Shown: positions 1 to 7,408 of the stretch, piece by piece
How the letters are laid out: the number at the start of each line of letters is the position of its first letter
Position numbering within the stretch: position 1 is the stretch's first letter
IMG/VR virus record: IMGVR_UViG_3300006029_000086
Location: 1 to 24,598 of that record
Length of the DNA: 24,598 bases
From: a virus
Lineage: Duplodnaviria; Caudoviricetes
Strand: one strand, 5' to 3'
Position numbers and translations under genes: made by a program
The notes under the pieces: model-generated
What the model saw: the letters and a program-made list of their open reading frames with translations, nothing else
Databases searched by the model: none
Told to the model about the DNA's origin: nothing

Positions 1-353
1 GTTGACGATGCAAATGTTTTTTTTGACCCAGTCCAAACAGGCGAACCAATGGATGACGCATGGTCAACACTCATGAAGGGCAAAAAAAAACTAAACCTTT
101 TCACGGGTACAATCCGAACAAGCACAGTAAGAAAGGCGGACTAAACGCCAAAGGACGTGCTGCTGCAAAGCGCAAGTCAGGTGCAAATCTCAAGCCACCT
201 GTCACGACAAAGCCAAGCAAACTCAAGCCCGGTGGCAAGAAAGCCAAGCGACGAAAGTCGTTTTGTGCACGAATGGCTGGTGTCAAAGGTCCGACCAGCA
301 AAAAAGGTAAACTCACACCAAAAGGTGCCTCTCTCAAGAGGTGGAATTGTTGA
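1..353 (+). CDS. 5'-truncated gene with a -1 frameshift at A9 (82-90): TGEPMDDAWSTLMK tag followed by a small basic phage domain (DUF6321-like)
   Basis: Frame +1 from base 1 reads VDDANVFFDPVQTGEPMDDAWSTLMKGKKK and stops at 142-144. Frame +3 continues KTKPFHG...GGLNAKGR...NLKPPV...RRKSFCARM...SLKRWNC, a Lys/Arg-rich motif I recognise from small marine phage proteins. The family name is from memory. Confidence 0.65.
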
Positions 354-802
354 CAGTCTTGGTCAAGCGTATTCAATCACCTGAGGCTAAGCGCCACAAG
401 GTCGAGTACGACTCCAAATATGAATCGTCACCAAAGCGAGTCAAGTATCGTGAAGAGTTGAACCAAGAACGACGCAAGCGTGGCATGTACGGCGACGGTA
501 GTCACAGAGACATCAGTCATACACAGGGGAACAAACTCACAGTCGAAGACGAGCACGCTAATCGTGCACGACATTTCAAGGACAAGGGAACACTACGACC
601 TGTACAGAAGTCATGCGACTGTGCACACTGTAGCGGTATGCACGCAGCCATCGATTTGTTAGAAAAGAAACTATGTCCCGCAGGTAAAGCAGCGGCTAAA
701 AAGAAGTTCGATGTCTATCCGTCAGCCTATGCGAATGGATGGGCAGTGCAATACTGCAAAGGCAAATTCAAAGGTAAGAAGAAGGGAGGTAAGAAGAAAT
801 GA
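350..802 (+). CDS. Basic two-module hypothetical protein (degenerate HNH-like module plus a YPSAYAN module)
   Basis: Likely TTG start at 350 overlapping the previous stop (TTGA), with GAGGTGG upstream. Module 1 has GDGSHRDISH...L...NRAR; module 2 has CPAGKAAAKKKFDVYPSAYANGWAVQYCKG and a Lys-rich tail. Confidence 0.7.
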   Translation: MTVLVKRIQSPEAKRHKVEYDSKYESSPKRVKYREELNQERRKRGMYGDGSHRDISHTQGNKLTVEDEHANRARHFKDKGTLRPVQKSCDCAHCSGMHAAIDLLEKKLCPAGKAAAKKKFDVYPSAYANGWAVQYCKGKFKGKKKGGKKK

Positions 803-1005
803 TTCCTCTTGAAGCAGCATGGGCTATCATCAAGGGTAAGGAAGATGCCCCAAACTATCGAAAAGCGACAGGTCCGCAAAAGTGTGGTAATTGCAAGGCT
901 TGGGATTCGTCGAAAACAGACGACCCCATGACTGGCTATTGCGAGTGGTATGACTTTACATGTCGTGCTGACCACGTATGTGATGCATGGGCGGGGAAGA
1001 AATGA
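799..1005 (+). CDS. Small Cys-rich protein, HiPIP-like Fe-S/metal-binding motif, with N-terminal tag
   Basis: ATGA overlap with the previous gene. Pattern NY...QKCGNCKAW...GYC...VCDAW; N-terminus MIPLEAAWAIIK. Confidence 0.65.
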   Translation: MIPLEAAWAIIKGKEDAPNYRKATGPQKCGNCKAWDSSKTDDPMTGYCEWYDFTCRADHVCDAWAGKK

Positions 1006-1865
1006 GCAAAGTCGTCGTCCGCAAGAACTTGAACCGCTGGTTCAAAGAAAAGTGGGTTGATGTTTCTCGTAAAGACAAAGACGGTAAGCACCCTCCTTGT
1101 GGCCGCTCAAAGGCAAAGAAGTCAAGCAAGGGTTATCCAAAGTGCAGACCCTCTGTCAAAGTTAGTAGCAAAACGCCAAAGACCTCAGGCTCGATGAGCG
1201 AAGGTCAGAAGGCTGCTGCTACAAAGCGCAAGCGAAGCAAGAAGCAAGGCGTAGGCGGTAAGCCAACGATTGTCAAGCAAGATTATCCGTTTGAAGCAGT
1301 TGACACAGCAGCACCTGACCCAGTTGTCGATACGTTTACATCGATGCATCGAAAGGTTCCTGTAAAAATAAAACAGTTTGAAGCAATGGAACGTGCACGT
1401 AAAGACCCACTAACACATCCGGGCTTTGGTGCACACGATATTTTTGATACATCTCTCGGCCAAGCACAAGCGGTTGAGCCTACGATAGCGGGTACGAATG
1501 CCCCTTTTACTCAACCTAATCCTCGCCCTACGATTTTCGGTCAACAATTTCAAATTGCTGACCCTGAGCAAATGCGTCGAATTTACCGCATGAAAGATGA
1601 TACACACAAGGAAGGTGTTCATGACGGAATGGTGGCTGCCGAAGAATTACAGATACCGAGAGTACAAACACAACTTGTCACTCCACTTGATAGAAACAAA
1701 CTTGACCCACAAGGGTTTTATGGAGACGCCATGGTGAATCTCCCAACATTCCGTGGTATGCCTTACAACGAATCAACTCACTTTACAACAGGCGAGCCTA
1801 TGGACTTGGCGTTCAGGTTGCTTAAGACCGAAGGGCTTTTGTCTACGAGCGTACTGGTGAGATAA
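1002..1865 (+). CDS. Modular hypothetical protein: basic N-terminal phage domain (DUF5872-like), unrelated C-terminal region, C-terminal tag
   Basis: ATG at 1002 overlaps the previous stop (ATGA). LNRWFKEKWVD...CGR...YPKCRP motif; ends FTTGEPMDLAFRLLK. Confidence 0.75.
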   Translation: MSKVVVRKNLNRWFKEKWVDVSRKDKDGKHPPCGRSKAKKSSKGYPKCRPSVKVSSKTPKTSGSMSEGQKAAATKRKRSKKQGVGGKPTIVKQDYPFEAVDTAAPDPVVDTFTSMHRKVPVKIKQFEAMERARKDPLTHPGFGAHDIFDTSLGQAQAVEPTIAGTNAPFTQPNPRPTIFGQQFQIADPEQMRRIYRMKDDTHKEGVHDGMVAAEELQIPRVQTQLVTPLDRNKLDPQGFYGDAMVNLPTFRGMPYNESTHFTTGEPMDLAFRLLKTEGLLSTSVLVR

Positions 1866-1874
1866 CAGGAGGCG

Positions 1875-2081
1875 ATGAGCATGTTACCACAATGGGTCAT
1901 AATCGCTCACTCCTATATGCTGCGTCAAATCGAAGTGTGCGTTGACATCCTTGAAGAGAATGTCGACAAGCACCCCGAACTTATGTCCGATTTAATTGAG
2001 GCTCAGGAATACTACACGTACCTCAAGAAGGAACACAAGAACATGACAGACGGGGGTGACATGTTTGTATACGCCGACTGA
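1875..2081 (+). CDS. Small helical hypothetical protein
   Basis: AGGAGG 3-4 nt before ATG; fills the gap between neighbours; 68 aa. Confidence 0.65.
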   Translation: MSMLPQWVIIAHSYMLRQIEVCVDILEENVDKHPELMSDLIEAQEYYTYLKKEHKNMTDGGDMFVYAD

Positions 2082-3573
2082 TGTAGCCTTCTCAGTCCTC
2101 AAAGAATCCAAGGAACGTAGCGATTATGACCTTAATCTGTTATTAAACGAAGATGAGCAAAGGGCAGCCGCTCGTTATTTTGCAGGTCTTTCGCCTGAAA
2201 AGCAACAACTGATACAAAAGATTGGCGAGTCGTTTCATAATATGCCACCAGAGGCAAAAGGTCAATTGACAGCCTCAGCACACCAGTTGATTCAACGTCA
2301 TCAAGGTCAACTTCCACAATTGCTCTCTCAGTCTCCGAATGAAAGTGGTCGAGTAAACAAAGCATTTTTCCTTGCGGCGATTGCAGTAGTCGTCGCTGTC
2401 GATGCATTTAACCAAAGTCAAGGGGCTGAGCGAAGTCTTGTTGGTAACGTGTTTACTGATGTAGGTAATAGTGTTTCATCTATAGGGGGCGGCGACCCTA
2501 ACTTCTTCGGAAGTAGTAATTACGGAGACGTTTTTGAATATAACAACGAAACCGCCCTGATAAATCCAATCACTGGACAGAAGCACATGGTTGAAGAAAA
2601 TCCAAGCGTGTGGAACAGAACTTGGAAGGGTGCACTCAGCACAGTAGGTTCAGTAGTTGGACCTGTTGCGGCTGGCAAAGCGGTAAAAGAAGGCGCAAAG
2701 GCTGGTGTAAAGCAAGCGACCAGTCGCTTTGCAACCGGCGCTGGAATGGCACAAAGAGGCACTGGAAAAGGTATTAGTCGTTTAGGAAGGAGAGGAACCG
2801 AGAAAGCAGGTCAAAGAGCATTTGATGCTGCCCCGTCTGTAGAAATGCAACAATACGCAAAAGAAGGTGCATTTGGTAGACTTGATAGATTTGGTCGAAA
2901 GGTACAAGCATCAGGTCAACGTAAAATCGATAACGCTTTAGCCGCACGTCAAGCAAGTAATACTTCGTTCATGAATGCAGCCAAAAATGCTCCTTTATCG
3001 AGTTACCCTTATCGAACTTTACAGGGCTTTGGAAGAACCCCTGCTGGTCAACAGGTGGCGCCATACCTTGCAGGTGTAGCAGGTTTGGGTGCAGCCGCAC
3101 TGTTGAACAACTCAGGTAGTGGTATGGGCGGAGGCTCAGGTATGGGCGGCGGCTCAGGTATGGGCGGCCAGCAACACCAACAAGGTCAGTTCAATCTCGC
3201 AGGTCAACAGTCGGGCGGCGTCCAAAACCTTCAAAACGTAGGAGTCGGTCAGACGGGACGAGAACAGATTTGGCAACAAGGCGGTTCAGGTACATTTGAC
3301 CAAAAACAAAAAGGTGAGATAATGACATTTACAAACAAAGAAGGCAACGAAATGCTATACAAAACTCTGAACGAGTTAGACAAAATGCACTGCGGCACAG
3401 AACAAAAAGCCGAATGCCCAAAGTGCGGCAAGAACTGCAAGTGCGATGAAGAAAAGAAAGCCGACGATGGCGACAAGAAAAAGAAACCTGCACACGGTAT
3501 GGTTATTGTCATCGGTTCTAAGAACGCTGGACCCGGTCCTTCGACGGACGGAAAGCGAGATTCCAAGGATTGA
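2065..3573 (+). CDS. Gly/Ala/Gln-rich protein with hydrophobic segments; candidate internal virion/ejection protein
   Basis: TTG at 2065 follows GGGGGTGA. N-terminal tag PTDVAFSVLK; hydrophobic stretches FFLAAIAVVVAV and LAGVAGLGAAALL; Cys cluster CPKCGKNCKC near the C-terminus. Confidence 0.75.
   Translation: MYTPTDVAFSVLKESKERSDYDLNLLLNEDEQRAAARYFAGLSPEKQQLIQKIGESFHNMPPEAKGQLTASAHQLIQRHQGQLPQLLSQSPNESGRVNKAFFLAAIAVVVAVDAFNQSQGAERSLVGNVFTDVGNSVSSIGGGDPNFFGSSNYGDVFEYNNETALINPITGQKHMVEENPSVWNRTWKGALSTVGSVVGPVAAGKAVKEGAKAGVKQATSRFATGAGMAQRGTGKGISRLGRRGTEKAGQRAFDAAPSVEMQQYAKEGAFGRLDRFGRKVQASGQRKIDNALAARQASNTSFMNAAKNAPLSSYPYRTLQGFGRTPAGQQVAPYLAGVAGLGAAALLNNSGSGMGGGSGMGGGSGMGGQQHQQGQFNLAGQQSGGVQNLQNVGVGQTGREQIWQQGGSGTFDQKQKGEIMTFTNKEGNEMLYKTLNELDKMHCGTEQKAECPKCGKNCKCDEEKKADDGDKKKKPAHGMVIVIGSKNAGPGPSTDGKRDSKD
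3121..3168 (+). repeat. 18-bp tandem repeat x2.7 encoding GMGGGS
   Basis: ggtatgggcggaggctca / ggtatgggcggcggctca / ggtatgggcggc. Confidence 0.9.
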
Positions 3574-3651
3574 GAGTAGTCCCTCTTCTCTCAGTCCACC
3601 TCAGAACACTTTATCAATGCGTTGCATTTAGGGTACTATGAGAGGGATAGT

Positions 3652-4212
3652 ATGAGCAGCGCTAACCACACAACAGACCAAAGCGAAATTAGATTACTCG
3701 GACTTATCTTAATGCAGTCCGCTACAGTAGGACTGGCAGTCGGTTTATTCGACGCCGAGATGTGGATTGACCTTGAAACATCGGCACTTAATGGATTCAC
3801 ATATGCTATGGGCGCTTTCTTTGTACAAGGTATCGCTTATTACATCTTCAAAATGTTCTTCCAACACGGGATGGATGAAAAGGCACGTACTGCAACAATG
3901 GAACGTGAACGACGTATGCGATACCGTGGTATGGAAGAGACATTTGAGCGACGTCGTCAAGACATGGAATTACGTATGCAAGAAGCACAATTAGAAAATG
4001 AACTTCGTTGGATGGAAAAGAACCCCGGCAAGATGCCCCCTATGTATCAGGGTCAGATGTTCGACGATTCAACATCCGATTTCAATCCTGAACCAAAACA
4101 CGAGGCTGATGTAGATGAGCCACTTGGACTGGGCGTTTCGTTCGGCGATAAAAAACAGGCTAAGCCAAAGCGTGAACGCAACCCCGACGGCACATTCAAG
4201 AACAAAGATTGA
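3652..4212 (+). CDS. Membrane protein with 2 predicted TM helices and a cytoplasmic coiled coil
   Basis: ATG at 3652 after GAGGGA. Hydrophobic LLGLILMQSATVGLAVGLF and FTYAMGAFFVQGIAYYIF, then a charged helix ERERRMR...ELRMQEAQLENELRW. Confidence 0.8.
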   Translation: MSSANHTTDQSEIRLLGLILMQSATVGLAVGLFDAEMWIDLETSALNGFTYAMGAFFVQGIAYYIFKMFFQHGMDEKARTATMERERRMRYRGMEETFERRRQDMELRMQEAQLENELRWMEKNPGKMPPMYQGQMFDDSTSDFNPEPKHEADVDEPLGLGVSFGDKKQAKPKRERNPDGTFKNKD

Positions 4213-4223
4213 GGTGAACCCTT

Positions 4224-4472
4224 ATGGGTCGTATATTCAAGACACCAACCGATGATAGTACGGAAGCAACACTACGTGCAATGCACATCGCTAATACTGT
4301 CGACACTGCATACGAACGTGCATGGGGCTGGGTCAAAACCATTTTAGTTTCTACAATTTCAGTTTTGGTCGTTAGTTCAATTGAATTTCACAGCGACTGG
4401 AGTTTGTGGGAATCGACTGCTGATTGGTTTGGTACAAAGATGTCAAATTGGTTAGGGAGTTGGTTTGACTGA
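4224..4472 (+). CDS. Small single-TM membrane protein with Trp-rich amphipathic tail
   Basis: GAGGTGA RBS; ILVSTISVLVVSSI; tail WSLWESTADWFGTKMSNWLGSWFD. Confidence 0.8.
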   Translation: MGRIFKTPTDDSTEATLRAMHIANTVDTAYERAWGWVKTILVSTISVLVVSSIEFHSDWSLWESTADWFGTKMSNWLGSWFD

Positions 4473-4492
4473 GTGCAGCAGCAGGCTCTGCA

Positions 4493-5185
4493 ATGGTCGG
4501 TGGGCTTGTATTTGCTCGTGAACTGTGGCATTATTGGGTTCCACGACGAGTAGGTATCTATGGTCCGACGATGGTCGGTAAGACAACACTCGACAGATAC
4601 CTTACAACACCGGGTGAAATGGAGAATATACCGATTGAAGAGCGTACATCGCATACAAAGATACTCGGCAAATACCTTCTTCCACGTGCTACTCGTAAGC
4701 GAGTGCGCTGGAAAGGTGAGCGGAGAGTTGTACACTCGGCAGATATGGGCGGGGAAGAGCGATTCTGGAATTTATGGGCTGATGATATGGTCAATCGTAA
4801 TGTTGAGGTTGTTGTTTTTATGTTTGACCACAGAGTTCTCTTGGGCGGCGAACCAGCGCTACAAGCAGTTGGTGGATTCAAATATCTGTGTGACGCTATC
4901 ATTCATCGTCAATACAGGTATAGAAATTTACGTTCTCGCTTTAGAGGCAAGAAGTATTGCCCAAAGACAATACTGCTCGTAGCAAATAAGGCTGACCAAT
5001 GGTGGGATGACCAAGCAAATACGCTTTGGCAGCAACAGCGATTAGGAGAACACAAAATATTCGACCCGTTTCGTGAGGACCTTGTACGCTTACAAAAAGC
5101 AGGTGTACCTTCTTCACGTTCAATGATGGCAACACGCATTGGTTGGAACGTCGAAAATACCATGGTTGACCTACTTTCATCTTAG
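4493..5185 (+). CDS. Small P-loop GTPase of the Ras superfamily (Arf/Rab/Roc-like); start may be CTG at 4469
   Basis: G1 GPTMVGKTT, G3 DMGGEERF(WNLW), hydrophobic strand VVVFMFD, G4 ILLVANKAD, G5-like MATR; hydrophobic/amphipathic N-terminus. Confidence 0.88.
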   Translation: MVGGLVFARELWHYWVPRRVGIYGPTMVGKTTLDRYLTTPGEMENIPIEERTSHTKILGKYLLPRATRKRVRWKGERRVVHSADMGGEERFWNLWADDMVNRNVEVVVFMFDHRVLLGGEPALQAVGGFKYLCDAIIHRQYRYRNLRSRFRGKKYCPKTILLVANKADQWWDDQANTLWQQQRLGEHKIFDPFREDLVRLQKAGVPSSRSMMATRIGWNVENTMVDLLSS

Positions 5186-5233
5186 GGAAGGCTTTTCAAA
5201 TAGTATGCTAACAGACAATCAGGAGGGACGTGT

Positions 5234-6208
5234 ATGGTATTAGGCTTCGACGGACTTTGGAGAGTACCTCGTAACGACGGTGGATTACAAACTGCTAATC
5301 AAGCAGAAATGAAGGCATTGAGCCATCAAGGGAATCCTTCACACGAGCAGTTAATTGAGATGCAAAGCGCACAGCAATCGATGCGAGCAGCAGGTGCACG
5401 TAACAATATCGAAGTACCCAAAGTTAATTTTTATCCAAGTCGTCATCCTGACCCACGCAAGGCTCGCAAGAAAGACATCAAGCAGGCACGAGCGTTACTC
5501 AAACCATCAAAGCGTTCTTTCTTTAATCCACTTCGGTGGGCAGGTTTCAAGTACAGATTTAACAAAAATGCTGGAGCATGTGTCGTTGATGGCTGCGATT
5601 GTCAGAAGTTGATTCAATACGACAACCTCTATGCTAAGATTACAGACGAAACCACAGGTGACAGTCTGTGGGATATGTATTGGCAGAATCCAGTTACAGG
5701 AGAGCCTACTGCGTTTATAGCACGTGAAAATGTCACTGACGGGCGACTCATGCGAGGAACGTACTGTCCAGAACATCTACATTTGTACCATCTTTTGTGC
5801 AAATGGGAGGCCGAGCAAGAGAAAGAGCGGCTCAAAACTAAGGGCGGTATGCGAGAAATGGTCAAGAAAGGTGTAAGTACCGTAGCCATACCCATATCCG
5901 TGTTGAAGAAAAAGACAAACACCCCTGAATTCCTACTCAAGTACGAGCCGTTCTTCGTTGAATTGGAAAAAGACTCCAAACGACACGCTGGTATCAAGAT
6001 TGCACACTACAAAAATCCAGTTACAGGGTTAAATGACATTACATCTGTCTACTTTGACCTTCGATATTTCCATCAAGAGTTAGGTATGGGTGAAGAAGAT
6101 GTCAATCTTATGGATGCAATGGGTTCATTGGGTGTAGAACAGGCTAATCGCCAACAGGTTCAAGAACAAAATACCCCTCAGCAACAATATACGCTTCCAC
6201 AACAGTAG
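5234..6208 (+). CDS. Hypothetical protein with a probable Zn-binding CxxxGC...YCPEH motif
   Basis: AGGAGG RBS; CVVDGCDC and YCPEHLH; basic patch; Gln-rich tail. Confidence 0.75.
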   Translation: MVLGFDGLWRVPRNDGGLQTANQAEMKALSHQGNPSHEQLIEMQSAQQSMRAAGARNNIEVPKVNFYPSRHPDPRKARKKDIKQARALLKPSKRSFFNPLRWAGFKYRFNKNAGACVVDGCDCQKLIQYDNLYAKITDETTGDSLWDMYWQNPVTGEPTAFIARENVTDGRLMRGTYCPEHLHLYHLLCKWEAEQEKERLKTKGGMREMVKKGVSTVAIPISVLKKKTNTPEFLLKYEPFFVELEKDSKRHAGIKIAHYKNPVTGLNDITSVYFDLRYFHQELGMGEEDVNLMDAMGSLGVEQANRQQVQEQNTPQQQYTLPQQ

Positions 6209-6216
6209 GTGAAATC

Positions 6217-6843
6217 ATGGGATTATTCGGCGGAGGACAAGAACAAGCAAATGGCGGACTAAACTTAGGCGTACCGCAACAAAATGGGTACACGCAGTCA
6301 CCATCACCATTCGGTCAGAACCAAGGATGGACAGGAAATTCAGCAGCAGGTGCATTTATGCAAGGTGCTGGCGTCAATCAACAGTACATGCAACAGCCAA
6401 TGGCGCCTCCTTCCGAGGCTGAGATACTCTTAGCCATGCTCAAGAGCCAATCACCAGTCGATAGGTTCGTCGTTAGCGAGAAAATGCCCATGCTTATTCA
6501 AATGTTAAACGACATTGTCAGTTTTTCAGTGCTCGATATACTGCGTAATGCCACATTTAAGATGAATGAGGATGACGGAACTCTCAAATTGGACCCACAA
6601 TCACTTCCATCAAACCTACAAACTATGAGTGGAGAGAACATTACCTCCCAATTCAATGCTCTGGTCGGTAAAAGTCAGCAAAACATCGACCAAGCACAGA
6701 TGGAACAGCAACAAATACTTGCAATTTCCCAACAATCAATGATGGGAAGCGCACTACACGCAGCAATGGCTGACGAAGGCTTTATGCAAAAGGTCGGTGG
6801 AGGCATCGGCTCGTTCACACGCAACATGATTGGAGGAAGATGA
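6217..6843 (+). CDS. Hypothetical Gln-rich helical protein with amphipathic termini
   Basis: AGGTGA RBS; starts MGLFGG; ends GFMQKVGGGIGSFTRNMIGGR. Confidence 0.8.
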   Translation: MGLFGGGQEQANGGLNLGVPQQNGYTQSPSPFGQNQGWTGNSAAGAFMQGAGVNQQYMQQPMAPPSEAEILLAMLKSQSPVDRFVVSEKMPMLIQMLNDIVSFSVLDILRNATFKMNEDDGTLKLDPQSLPSNLQTMSGENITSQFNALVGKSQQNIDQAQMEQQQILAISQQSMMGSALHAAMADEGFMQKVGGGIGSFTRNMIGGR

Positions 6844-6844
6844 T

Positions 6845-7093
6845 ATGGATAGACAGCGAATGCCCTTTTCACAAGGGATTGCAATGACAACAAGCGACAT
6901 TTTCGCCCCTAAAAAGTCCGTAATCGTCGATATGGTGATGGTTCAAATACTCACAGTTATCGTAACCATCACATTAGTGCTTGTTTTGAAGAACGAATCT
7001 CTTGGAAGTGACACAATTGCGTGGATGATGGGCTCTTTGATGGTGGGTATACTACTTGCAAGTGCCATTTATTCACGTATTTCGTCGATATGA
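6845..7093 (+). CDS. Small 2-TM membrane protein (holin-like size and topology)
   Basis: ATG at 6845 just after the previous stop, with GGAGG upstream; TMs MVMVQILTVIVTITLVLVL and IAWMMGSLMVGILLASAIY. Confidence 0.75.
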   Translation: MDRQRMPFSQGIAMTTSDIFAPKKSVIVDMVMVQILTVIVTITLVLVLKNESLGSDTIAWMMGSLMVGILLASAIYSRISSI

Positions 7094-7347
7094 CGACCCC
7101 ATTTGCCAATCGGACACTCGGATGAGGTCAGATTTGCTTTAATTTTCATCTGACAACCGCATTTTTTGCATCTTGAACCCGTCCAATGAGGGCATTTTTG
7201 GCACATTTTAAGCCGTTTTTCCTTGATTTCAGGGGGTACATTGCGCCTCAAAACGACGTCTCGTGCTGCTTTTGCCAAGGAAACAGCCGTATCTTTGTTC
7301 AAAGGCACGCCTAAGACACGTACACCTGCTGGTTTGATACGACCCAT
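7069..7347 (-). CDS. Small Cys-rich protein (DUF6171-like)
   Basis: RLKMCQKCP...CKKCGCQMKIK...CPIGKW pattern; no competing + strand ORF; TATA-like box upstream on the - strand. Confidence 0.75.
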   Translation of the reverse strand: MGRIKPAGVRVLGVPLNKDTAVSLAKAARDVVLRRNVPPEIKEKRLKMCQKCPHWTGSRCKKCGCQMKIKANLTSSECPIGKWGRHIDEIRE

Positions 7348-7408
7348 GTGTGGTTTTTGACTCCTTATTTGATAAAACCTTATCGTTGACGACTCCTTGC
7401 CGTAGGAT
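7348..7408. promoter_or_regulatory. Divergent archaeal-type promoter region
   Basis: Inverted repeat GATAA-aacc-TTATC (7371-7384) gives TATA-like boxes about 25 nt from both divergent ATGs (7347 and 7409); flanked by direct repeats GACTCCTT (7359-7366, 7391-7398). Confidence 0.55.

Noticed and set aside
60-90. ATG at 60 as the true start (MVNTHEGQ...)
   Set aside because: No RBS, and the overlapping frame +1 encodes the conserved tag; a frameshift explains the region better.
3571-3593. Possible hairpin terminator TGAGAG...CTCTCA after the 2065 gene
   Set aside because: Only a 6-bp stem with an 11-nt loop and no U-tract.
5687-6027. Exact 14-bp repeat AATCCAGTTACAGG (5687-5700 and 6014-6027)
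   Set aside because: Only two copies, both encoding NPVTG in frame; no array, att-site context or mobile element to support a function.
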